A DNA stretch of 64,000 nucleotides from Dehalococcoidia bacterium (GTDB lineage Bacteria > Chloroflexota > Dehalococcoidia > GIF9 > UBA5629): assembly GCA_050011565.1 (NCBI GenBank), contig JBEKIW010000003.1:32001-96000 (forward strand). The letters run 5' to 3'. The notes under the pieces are model-generated. The model was not told the DNA's origin. It saw only the letters and a list, made by a program, of their open reading frames with translations, and did no database searches. The translations under genes and the position numbers were made by a program. Positions within the stretch are counted from its first letter, which is position 1, and each line of letters starts with the position of its first letter. Below, in pieces: positions 1 to 7,535 of this stretch.

Positions 1-1
1 A

Positions 2-181
2 CCATTGATGGTGACTGTTAAAATACGGTATCAGTCGCCGGATGTTTCCGCCACACTATACCCGGCACCAGGCTTGGCTGAAGTCAACTTCCAGCATCCG
101 CAGCCCGCCATTACACCCGGCCAGGCAGCGGTCTTTTATAAAGACGACGAAGTTCTAGGCGGTGGCATCATTGAAAGCTAA
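2..181 (+). CDS. mnmA: tRNA 2-thiouridylase MnmA, C-terminal fragment (runs off window start)
   Basis: Frame 2 reads PLMVTVKIRYQSP...QPAITPGQAAVFYKDDEVLGGGII ES*, the typical MnmA C-terminus (KIRY, TPGQxAVFY, LGGG). Confidence 0.9.
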   Translation, partial: PLMVTVKIRYQSPDVSATLYPAPGLAEVNFQHPQPAITPGQAAVFYKDDEVLGGGIIES

Positions 182-824
182 AGTTAAAAAATCTAAATCC
201 GACCCGCCGAGCCTGGTTGAGGAAAACTGGCTCAGCGCCAGAGGCTATCGTCTCATCGCCGGAGTAGACGAAGCCGGCCGCGGCGCCCTGGCCGGCCCGG
301 TAGTCGCCGCCGCCGTTATACTGCCGCCGGCCCCTTCATTCCGCTGGCTCGAATCAGTCCGCGACAGCAAAGAGCTGCCGGCAGCCAGGCGCGAGTCACT
401 TTTCGACCTGATTAAACAGGACGCCATAGCTGTCAGCGTGGGTATCATCGCCCCGCAGATCATCGACGTTATCGGCATACTCAATGCCACTAAAATTGCC
501 ATGTGCCACGCCGTCGAGCAGCTAGCCAGCCCGCCTGATTTCTTGCTCATCGACTTCGTGCGCCTGACGCAGCTCCGCATCTCCCAAAAGCCTATAGTCC
601 GCGGCGACAAGTTATGCCTTTCCATCGCCTGCGCCTCGATTATCGCCAAGGTTACCCGCGACCGGATTATGGTGGAGCTTGACCATCTTCACCCGGGCTA
701 CGGCTTAGCCGACCACAAAGGCTACGGCACCAAAAAGCATGTATCCTGTCTGCGTCAAAACGGCCCTTCACCCATCCACCGCCACTCCTTCGCCCCGGTA
801 ATAGAGGCTGCGCAGTCAAAATGA
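162..824 (+). CDS. rnhB: Ribonuclease HII
   Basis: GVDEAGRGALAGPV, DSKEL, SIACASIIAKVTRD, HKGYGT motifs; start could be TTG at 171. Confidence 0.95.
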   Translation: MASLKAKVKKSKSDPPSLVEENWLSARGYRLIAGVDEAGRGALAGPVVAAAVILPPAPSFRWLESVRDSKELPAARRESLFDLIKQDAIAVSVGIIAPQIIDVIGILNATKIAMCHAVEQLASPPDFLLIDFVRLTQLRISQKPIVRGDKLCLSIACASIIAKVTRDRIMVELDHLHPGYGLADHKGYGTKKHVSCLRQNGPSPIHRHSFAPVIEAAQSK

Positions 825-1180
825 AACGCAAAGAGCTCGGCGCTACCGGCGAAAAGCTGGCCAGAGACTTTCTTAAAAAGAAGGGCTATAGAATACGCGA
901 CACCAACTTCCGCTGCCGTGAAGGCGAGATAGACATCGTCGCCCAGAAAAAAGACTGTCTTGTCTTCGTCGAAGTCCGGACCAAGGCCAGTTCCGGCTTC
1001 GGCAGCCCCGAAGAATCGGTGACCTTAGCCAAGAAAGAAAAACTTATCGCCTCAGCCCTTACTTACCTGTCCGAACACCAGGACCTGCCCGAGTCCTGGC
1101 GCATAGACTTCGTTGCCGTTGAGCTCGACCAGAACGGCAAAGCCAAACGCATCGAGCTTATAGAGAACGCCATAAGCTAA
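821..1180 (+). CDS. yraN: YraN-family (UPF0102) endonuclease-like protein
   Basis: GEIDIVA, LVFVEVRT, RIDFVA; ATGA overlap with rnhB, the usual gene pair. Confidence 0.9.
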   Translation: MKRKELGATGEKLARDFLKKKGYRIRDTNFRCREGEIDIVAQKKDCLVFVEVRTKASSGFGSPEESVTLAKKEKLIASALTYLSEHQDLPESWRIDFVAVELDQNGKAKRIELIENAIS

Positions 1181-1206
1181 GGCAAAGGTAAAACATCGTG
1201 GTTTGT

Positions 1207-1241
1207 TTCCCCCTTAGAAAAAGGGGGGTTGAGGGGGATTT
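1207..1241. repeat. Family-1 palindromic repeat (partial copy)
   Basis: cccccttagaaaaagggggg hairpin followed by ttgagggggattt, matching the copies at 22597 and 24860. Confidence 0.65.
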
Positions 1242-1281
1242 AATTGACAGCGCTAAAATTGTTATTTATAATCAAGAAAAG

Positions 1282-1366
1282 CACTTGGAGCAGGCGATCT
1301 CGACAATAGCGGGATGCAGCCGGGCTTTAAGCCAGCAACGGGGATTATGTCCCGTGGGACTAAGTG
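1282..1366 (+). ncRNA. NiCo (czcD) metal-sensing riboswitch
   Basis: Ordered conserved blocks GAGCAGGC...GCAGCCGGGC...GCAAC...GTGGGAC, closed by P1 cacttg/taagtg; lies directly upstream of a CDF exporter. Confidence 0.85.
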
Positions 1367-1382
1367 TCCTGCGGGATTTTTT
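1350..1382 (+). terminator. Intrinsic terminator of the riboswitch expression platform
   Basis: tcccgtgggac pairs with gtcctgcggga (including GU pairs), followed by a T run; overlaps the 3' side of the aptamer. Confidence 0.75.
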
Positions 1383-2375
1383 ATGCCAAAACCAATGAGT
1401 GAACAAAGGGAAAAGTCCAGGGTAGCCGCGCTCTCCGTTATCTCCAACACGGTACTGGTACTGTTCAAGGCCGCCGTCGGCATACTCATCGGCTCAGTTT
1501 CCGTGCTCTCCGAAGCCATCCACTCGGGAATGGACCTGGTGGCGGCTCTCATCGCCTTCTTCGCCGTCCGCATAGCCGGTAGGGCCGCCGACGAGGAGCA
1601 CCCCTTCGGGCACACCAAAGTGGAAAACATTTCCGGCGGCATTGAAGCCTTGCTGATTATCGTAGCTGCTGTCTGGATTATCTATGCAGCCGTGCAAAAG
1701 CTCATAAATCCTCATCCATTGGAGACAGTCGGTTGGGGTGTCGGCATCATGCTTGTATCAACCATCGCCAACTTTATAGTCTCCCAACAACTGTTCAAGG
1801 TCGGCAAGGAAACCGATTCTGCAGCCTTGCTGGCAGACGGATGGCATTTGCGGACCGATGTTTATACCTCAGCTGGGGTCATGGTTGGACTAGGCCTCAT
1901 CTGGCTCGGGGGATACGTTTTCCCCGGCCTCAATCTGGTCTGGCTCGACTCGGTTATAGCCATTGCCGTGGCCGGCCTTATCCTCCACGCTGCGTACGAC
2001 TTAACCAAACGTGCCATACAGGACCTGGTCGACCAGAGCATCCCGATTGAGGAAAAGAAGTGGATGCAAAATTATCTCTCGGCCTTATATCCCACGGTGC
2101 GCTCCTTCCATCGGCTCCGCACGCGTAAAGCCGGAGCCACGCGTTTTATCAATTTACACCTGGCTCTCGATTCAAAATTAACGGTAGCCGAATCCCACAG
2201 CATCGGTGACAAAATAGTGGCCGACTTCAAAGCCCACTTTCCGCACGATGTAGATGTTATAGTTCATATCGAACCGTGTGATGGCGTCTGCAGCCCCGCC
2301 TGTGAAAGCGGCTGCCTGCTCAACGACGAGGAACAGAAAGCAGCCAAAACTTCCGGAGAAGGTACCGCTAAGTAG
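1383..2375 (+). CDS. Cation diffusion facilitator (FieF/CzcD-like) with a Cys-rich C-terminal tail
   Basis: SEAIHSGMD, HPFGHTKVE, ADGWHLRTD, VHIEPC motifs; start is ATG 1383 or 1395 because the track start (1314) lies inside the riboswitch. Confidence 0.9.
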   Translation: MPKPMSEQREKSRVAALSVISNTVLVLFKAAVGILIGSVSVLSEAIHSGMDLVAALIAFFAVRIAGRAADEEHPFGHTKVENISGGIEALLIIVAAVWIIYAAVQKLINPHPLETVGWGVGIMLVSTIANFIVSQQLFKVGKETDSAALLADGWHLRTDVYTSAGVMVGLGLIWLGGYVFPGLNLVWLDSVIAIAVAGLILHAAYDLTKRAIQDLVDQSIPIEEKKWMQNYLSALYPTVRSFHRLRTRKAGATRFINLHLALDSKLTVAESHSIGDKIVADFKAHFPHDVDVIVHIEPCDGVCSPACESGCLLNDEEQKAAKTSGEGTAK

Positions 2376-2420
2376 CGAACCTACCGCATAAATCGCTGCA
2401 ATCTGGTAATATCGCCGTAA

Positions 2421-3011
2421 TCACTTTTGACCTTTAACTTTTGACTTTTTACCTTCGTTCAGGTACTGCTTGCGGAATTTATCCAGCTTGGGGGCAATCA
2501 CCACGCTGCAATACGGCTGTTCCGGGTTTCTGGCGAAGTACTCCCGGTGATATTCCTCCGCCGGATAGAAATCCTTAAACGCCGCTACCTGCGTCACCAC
2601 CGGCGCCCCCCAGGTCTTCGAGGCATTCAATTGCTTTATGGCTTCCTCGGCCTCGGCTTTCTGCTCTGGGTTGTGATAAAAGATGGCCGAACGGTACTGA
2701 GTGCCGACATCAGCCCCCTGCCTGTTCAGCGTCGTCGGGTCGTGCACGGCGAAGAAAATGGCCAGTATTTCCCTAAAGGAAATTTTCTTGGGGTCGTAGG
2801 TCAACTGCACCGACTCGGCATGTCCCGTGGCCCCGCTGCAGACCGCGGCGTAAGACGGATTGACGCTGGTGCCTCCCGAATAGCCGGAGACCATCTTCTC
2901 TATACCCTTCACTTCCTTGAAAATAGCTTCCAGACACCAGAAGCAGCCGCCGGCCAGCGTGGCCACTTCCTTATCCTTATTCGGATTTGTTTTTTCGTTT
3001 TCTGGCTTCAT
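2421..3011 (-). CDS. msrA: Peptide-methionine (S)-S-oxide reductase
   Basis: GGCFWC, GHAE, DPTTLNRQG, QYRSAIF, AEEYH motifs. Confidence 0.95.
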   Translation of the reverse strand: MKPENEKTNPNKDKEVATLAGGCFWCLEAIFKEVKGIEKMVSGYSGGTSVNPSYAAVCSGATGHAESVQLTYDPKKISFREILAIFFAVHDPTTLNRQGADVGTQYRSAIFYHNPEQKAEAEEAIKQLNASKTWGAPVVTQVAAFKDFYPAEEYHREYFARNPEQPYCSVVIAPKLDKFRKQYLNEGKKSKVKGQK

Positions 3012-3020
3012 ACTATCGGC

Positions 3021-3473
3021 TTATCCCTTGACAAATTTCAGGGCCGCCCCGTTAATGCAGTAGCGCATACCGGTGGGAGGCGGGCCGTCGTTGAAAACAT
3101 GGCCCAGGTGGGCATCGCATCTGGCGCAGAGCACTTCCGTCCGGTTCATGAACAGGCTGAAATCTCCTATTAGCCTTATATTCAAGTCCGAAACCGGCTC
3201 GTAGTAGCTTGGCCAGCCCGTGCCCGATTCAAATTTAGTCGTCGACTTGAACAAATCGGTACCGCACCGGACGCACTGAAAAATACCCGTTTCCTTTATT
3301 TCTTCAAAGGCGCAGGTGAAGGGGTGCTCGGTTCCTTTTTTGGTGGTTATCTCATATTGCTCGCGGGTCAACAGCTTCTTCCACTCGACATCCGTCTTGA
3401 TGACCTTATCGACGTAGACAATTTTGTTCTGGCGGCTGTCAAATATCCGAACTCTTTTTGTATCGGTAGTCAT
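3021..3473 (-). CDS. msrB: Peptide-methionine (R)-S-oxide reductase
   Basis: KFESGTGWPSY, HLGHVF, GPPPTGMRYCING, two CxxC motifs. Confidence 0.95.
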   Translation of the reverse strand: MTTDTKRVRIFDSRQNKIVYVDKVIKTDVEWKKLLTREQYEITTKKGTEHPFTCAFEEIKETGIFQCVRCGTDLFKSTTKFESGTGWPSYYEPVSDLNIRLIGDFSLFMNRTEVLCARCDAHLGHVFNDGPPPTGMRYCINGAALKFVKG

Positions 3474-3585
3474 TGCTCTGTTCCCTTTACGGGGATTGTA
3501 GCAGTGCGATAATTAAAAAGTCGTTAAATTTGGTGGCTAAAGGTTACAAAGTTATAAAGAAAGATGAAGTTGGTTCTAAAAATCA

Positions 3586-3683
3586 TTCCCCTCTACCTCG
3601 AAGGGGAGAGGGGAGCAGGCATTCACTGGGATTTACGTATATTCCCTCTCCCTTGACGGGAGAGGGCAAGGGTGAGGGTGAAA
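3586..3683. repeat. Family-1 palindromic repeat
   Basis: cccctct...ggggagagggg and ccctctcccttgacgggagaggg...gggtgagggtgaa; reverse complement of the 3' part of the 24860-24989 copy. Confidence 0.75.
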
Positions 3684-3690
3684 TTCAAAA

Positions 3691-3903
3691 TCAGTCGTTG
3701 TGATTTTGCATCCTGACTCTTCTGCCGGCCGCCGCCGCCAGTGGCGCCACCGCTATCCACAGCGTGATGGTAATCAGCATAGACGTGGGATAGTCAATTT
3801 TGTTAAGGCCCAGCTTGGGTGCAATAACGCCCCAGAGCAACATAAAAAACAGTGAACTCAGAAAGAAGCCGGGGATAGCCGCCAATATGCTTATGAAGCC
3901 CAT
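3691..3903 (-). CDS. Small two-TM membrane protein, paralog of 4513-4746
   Basis: AAIPGFFLSSLFFMLLWGVIAPK...ITLWIAVAPLAAAA shared with the paralog; GGAGG RBS. Confidence 0.75.
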   Translation of the reverse strand: MGFISILAAIPGFFLSSLFFMLLWGVIAPKLGLNKIDYPTSMLITITLWIAVAPLAAAAGRRVRMQNHND

Positions 3904-3965
3904 GTCAGTCCTCCTTAGCCATATCTATCGACTTCGGCTAGATAAGCATTATACGTATAACGAAC

Positions 3966-4475
3966 TTATTCTTCCAGTATAGCCTTGATATCCCTGGTGG
4001 CGCCGGCCATCACCTCGCGTATGCGCTTCATTTTGTCGGGCTCTATGCTCCGTGCCCGCTGCTTCATCAATCGCCCCAGCTCCCTGAAGTCGCCCATCAT
4101 GTCCATAATTATGCCCATATTCTCCGGGTTCCAGTGGTGCTTCATGTGGTTCCTGACTTCTGCGGCCTGGTCCTCCCGCTCCAATAGGAACTTGCTGCCC
4201 TCTTTGGTTATGGTATAGACCTTCTTGCCGTCACGTTCTACGGAGCTGGCATAGCCCATTTCCTCGAGCATCTGCAGCGTGGGATAGACCACGCCCGGGC
4301 TGGGCGTGTAAAAGCCGTGCGAGCTTTCCTCGAGGGCACGGATGATTTCGTACCCGTAACGCGGCTTCTCTTTCAGCAGGTCGAGTATCACATATTTCAA
4401 GTTCCCCTTGTGAAAGGGACTGCCATGACCAAACCCGTGGAAATGTTCAGCTCCCCAGGCTCTACCTCTAAACAT
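3966..4475 (-). CDS. PadR-family transcriptional regulator
   Basis: LDLLKEKPRYGYEII, PSPGVVYPTLQMLEE, KKVYTIT; AAGGAGG RBS places the start at 4475. Confidence 0.9.
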   Translation of the reverse strand: MFRGRAWGAEHFHGFGHGSPFHKGNLKYVILDLLKEKPRYGYEIIRALEESSHGFYTPSPGVVYPTLQMLEEMGYASSVERDGKKVYTITKEGSKFLLEREDQAAEVRNHMKHHWNPENMGIIMDMMGDFRELGRLMKQRARSIEPDKMKRIREVMAGATRDIKAILEE

Positions 4476-4512
4476 ATCTATTACCTCCTTTAAACTCAAG
4501 TGCACCCACTAT

Positions 4513-4746
4513 TTAATCTTTCGATTGGAAATGTCTGCTATGCCAGTGCCACATTCTGCCAACCCTAGCTGCCGCGGCCGCCAGAGGTGCTACCGCTATC
4601 CACAGCGTGATGGTCATCAGCATGGCCATGGGATAGTCAATGCCCTGCCATCCCATCTTAGGAGCAATAACGCCCCACAGCAGCATGAAGAACAACGAAC
4701 TCAGAAAGAAACCCGGAATTGCCGCCAGAATTCTAAAGTAACCCAT
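4513..4746 (-). CDS. Small two-TM membrane protein with His-rich tail, paralog of 3691-3903
   Basis: Near-identical core to 3691-3903; AAGGAGG RBS. Confidence 0.75.
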   Translation of the reverse strand: MGYFRILAAIPGFFLSSLFFMLLWGVIAPKMGWQGIDYPMAMLMTITLWIAVAPLAAAAARVGRMWHWHSRHFQSKD

Positions 4747-4797
4747 TTCAGCCCTCCTTTTATTTTGTTTTATTGTGACATATCTAGTACTATCACG

Positions 4798-4840
4798 ATA
4801 TATCTAGATATATTATAGAGTGCCTTAGCCGCCTTGTCAA
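4798..4840 (-). promoter_or_regulatory. Consensus sigma70 promoter with an overlapping 16-bp palindromic operator
   Basis: Minus strand TTGACA (4840-4835), 17 bp, TATAAT (4817-4812); perfect palindrome ATATATCTAGATATAT at 4798-4813. Confidence 0.75.
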
Positions 4841-4909
4841 GAGGTTTTTGGTTGAATTTTTAAATTATTTTTCGCGGCGATTATCTTTGTAATCTGAAAC
4901 AATCAATGT

Positions 4910-4968
4910 AATCAATTTTTCATTTTTACTTGTCATTTTGATTTTTGCTTTTTAACCTTTGATTTTAA
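4910..4968. repeat. T-rich repeat with roughly 7-bp period
   Basis: ttttacttgtcattttgatttttgctttttaaccttttgatttt. Confidence 0.55.
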
Positions 4969-5004
4969 CCCCGCTCATTCTGAGCTTGTCGAAGAATCTC
5001 TTTA

Positions 5005-5100
5005 TTCTCTCTCCCCTGATGGAGGAAGGGTGGGCAGGCATCCAGCGAGGATTTACTCCCGCTGGGATATGGGGAAGGAGATAGTCAGAGTGAGGGGGAA
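5005..5100. repeat. Family-1 repeat carrying a 42-bp nested sub-element
   Basis: 5028-5069 is the exact reverse complement of 21678-21719. Confidence 0.8.
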
Positions 5101-5170
5101 ACCATCTTGACACCATGCCAGCGCTGTCATAATATAGTCATATAGGTACTACTTGGAGGGGGTGGTTCAA

Positions 5171-5851
5171 ATGGCACAACAAAATTCAATGGTAATCCAG
5201 ATTTCCCTGGGCTGGGCTAATGCCTTTGTCATTCGGGGCAAGCGCCCGGTGCTGGTCGACACCGGCTATCCCGGCAGCGCTCCCGCCATTATCGACAAGC
5301 TCACCCAGAACGGCGTCGACCCCGGCTGGCTCTCCCTCGTCCTCATCACCCACGGTCATTCCGACCACTTCGGCAGCGCCGCCGAGATTAAGAAGCAGAC
5401 CGGCGCGCCTGTTGCCGTTCACAAGCTCGATGCCGGAGCCTTAAAAACAGGTCGAGACCCTTCGCTTAAGCCGACCGGCTTCATCGGCAGGATGTTCTTG
5501 CCCCTGCTGGAACGCCGGGGTCCGGCCACAGCGCCGCCGCTGAAACCCGATATCATCATCGAAGGCGAGCTGGACCTCAGCAAATTCGGCGTTGACGGCA
5601 AGGTAATTCACACGCCGGGCCACACTCCCGGCTCCCTATCGGTCATTTTACCTAACGGCGAGTTCATCGTCGGCGACCTGATTATGCGCGGCATGCTTCG
5701 CTTCTGGCAGCCGAACTACCCCTTGTTCGCCGATAACATGGAACAGCTAAACAAAAGCCTCAAGCTGATACTTCGCAAAAAACCGACAAAAATCTACTGT
5801 ACCCACGGCGGCCCCTTCAGCCCCAAAGCCGTCCTGCGGAAGTTTTCCTAA
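5171..5851 (+). CDS. MBL-fold metallo-hydrolase
   Basis: VDTG, THGHSDHFG, HTPGHTPG, GD, THG motifs; GGAGG upstream of ATG 5171; TTGACA at 5107. Confidence 0.9.
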   Translation: MAQQNSMVIQISLGWANAFVIRGKRPVLVDTGYPGSAPAIIDKLTQNGVDPGWLSLVLITHGHSDHFGSAAEIKKQTGAPVAVHKLDAGALKTGRDPSLKPTGFIGRMFLPLLERRGPATAPPLKPDIIIEGELDLSKFGVDGKVIHTPGHTPGSLSVILPNGEFIVGDLIMRGMLRFWQPNYPLFADNMEQLNKSLKLILRKKPTKIYCTHGGPFSPKAVLRKFS

Positions 5852-6264
5852 GCAATGCTGCCTGACATCTACTGTGCTTTGAACATTTCGCTAAATTGTT
5901 GTCCTGGCCTTCTATAAGAGGAGCGACTCGCTGGCAAGGCACAGGCAAGCCAAAAAACTAAGAGGCTTGCCCTTCAGGGATTATGTTCTAACACGACCAT
6001 TGACACATGCAAAAACATGGCGCATACTAACACTAGCGATGTTTCTACATGATTTATTAGGGACTCGCAGATGGCTTTGCTTTTTATTTTCCATCGCTAC
6101 TATACCACTCCTATACCAGGTTTTACATTGACCGGATATCACACCTGGAAAAGTCTGGGCGTTGCACTTATTTTAGATGGAATAATCCAAGAAACTGTGG
6201 GAAAGGGAATTCCGCCGGTATAACAGGAAATTTCTGCAATTCATTCTTATTTGGAGGTTGAGTA

Positions 6265-7482
6265 ATGAGATTATCAGATTTTCAATGGGTCCGCAGCAGA
6301 AATAGCGTTTTCGGATTGTGTCTATACCTGGTACTGCTTGGCCTCATAATCGTTGGTGCAGCTGAATCGATAATGCCGAATGACGTCTATTCTGCCGAAT
6401 CCGCTATGGCCGGGAATAAACCGGTCATCCAAGTGTTCAAGGCTGAACCCATGGAACTGGATTCCCCCGCTTCGGCCGCCGTATATACCTTCAAGGTGAA
6501 GCTCGCCACGAATGTACAGATAAGTGAGGCGGGCACTAACATTAAAAACATCAGTAACCCTTCCGGCGCCACCCTTCAAGGGACTGCCAACGGGCTGCCG
6601 GCCTCCTCAATACCGACGGATGGCAGCGGTAAGTTTGTCTGCACCATCGTGGCCAGCAACGAATACGGCACCAATACGGCAGCGCTAGAACTATCTATTG
6701 CCGCCAATCTTATACCGGCTGGACAATCAGGGTCGACGGATAACCAGACCAAGCCCCGTACACCTAATTGGTTACTTCAGTTTTCCACGCCAAGTACTTC
6801 AACTCCGTCGACTGGGTCTAAGACTGGTTCTGAACCTGTGTTTTTCACATGCCCCAGCAGCTGCGAAGCCTGCCTGAAACCTGAGGACGCAGCCAGCCGT
6901 GGGTACACCCAGAGATGCTCCGACCAGCCCTGCTATTACTCCCCTGATAACCAGCAAAAGTGGTATTGCTACAGCGAGCCGGAAGGCTGGTGCTGCGCCA
7001 ATGAAAAAGTCAGCCAGACCACCAAACGTGAATGCACCCAGATGGGAGGCTCCTACTGGTCCACCAACCAGAACGAGGCACTACAAGCCTGCCAGCCGGT
7101 AGGCTGGTGCTGCAGGGACGGTAATCTATACCAGGCCACCAAGGATCAGTGTGCCCAGATGGGAGGCTCCTACTGGTCCACCAACCAGAACGAGGCACTA
7201 CAAGCCTGCCAGCCGGTAGGCTGGTGCTGCAGGGACGGCAATCTATATCAGTCCACCCAGGCTCAGTGTACCCAGATGGGAGGCTCCTACTGGTCCACCA
7301 ACCAGGCCCAGGTCGTGGCAAGCTGCCGTCAGGCGGCGACGTGCTGGTGCTGCGCGTCCGGCAAGGTCTTTCAGACCACCCAGGCTCAGTGCACCCAATC
7401 CGGAGGGGCCTGTTATTCCACCCAATCCCAGGCGGACGCAGCCTGCCGTCAGACACAAATACGCACCCCCACCTTAAAGTGA
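6265..7482 (+). CDS. Secreted or membrane-anchored Cys-rich protein with four ~39-aa WCC repeats
   Basis: N-terminal hydrophobic segment, beta-rich domain, Ser/Thr linker, then repeats; GGAGG RBS. Confidence 0.8.
   Translation: MRLSDFQWVRSRNSVFGLCLYLVLLGLIIVGAAESIMPNDVYSAESAMAGNKPVIQVFKAEPMELDSPASAAVYTFKVKLATNVQISEAGTNIKNISNPSGATLQGTANGLPASSIPTDGSGKFVCTIVASNEYGTNTAALELSIAANLIPAGQSGSTDNQTKPRTPNWLLQFSTPSTSTPSTGSKTGSEPVFFTCPSSCEACLKPEDAASRGYTQRCSDQPCYYSPDNQQKWYCYSEPEGWCCANEKVSQTTKRECTQMGGSYWSTNQNEALQACQPVGWCCRDGNLYQATKDQCAQMGGSYWSTNQNEALQACQPVGWCCRDGNLYQSTQAQCTQMGGSYWSTNQAQVVASCRQAATCWCCASGKVFQTTQAQCTQSGGACYSTQSQADAACRQTQIRTPTLK
6985..7452 (+). repeat. Intragenic tandem repeat with a 117-bp unit
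   Basis: Units start at 6985, 7102, 7219 and 7342; consensus GWCCRDGNLYQxTxxQCxQMGGSYWSTNQNEALQACQPV. Confidence 0.9.
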
Positions 7483-7535
7483 CGGTTTCTATTTAGCAGG
7501 CCCGGGAAAGTTGGAATAAATATGGAGGTAGTTAA

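Noticed and set aside
1314-1382. N-terminal extension of the CDF ORF and the 1198-1398 ORF
   Set aside because: They overlap the riboswitch, terminator and a repeat; CDF similarity starts after about 1395.
6985-7452. 117-bp repeats as a CRISPR array
   Set aside because: They are in-frame coding tandem repeats with no unique spacers, and no cas genes are present.
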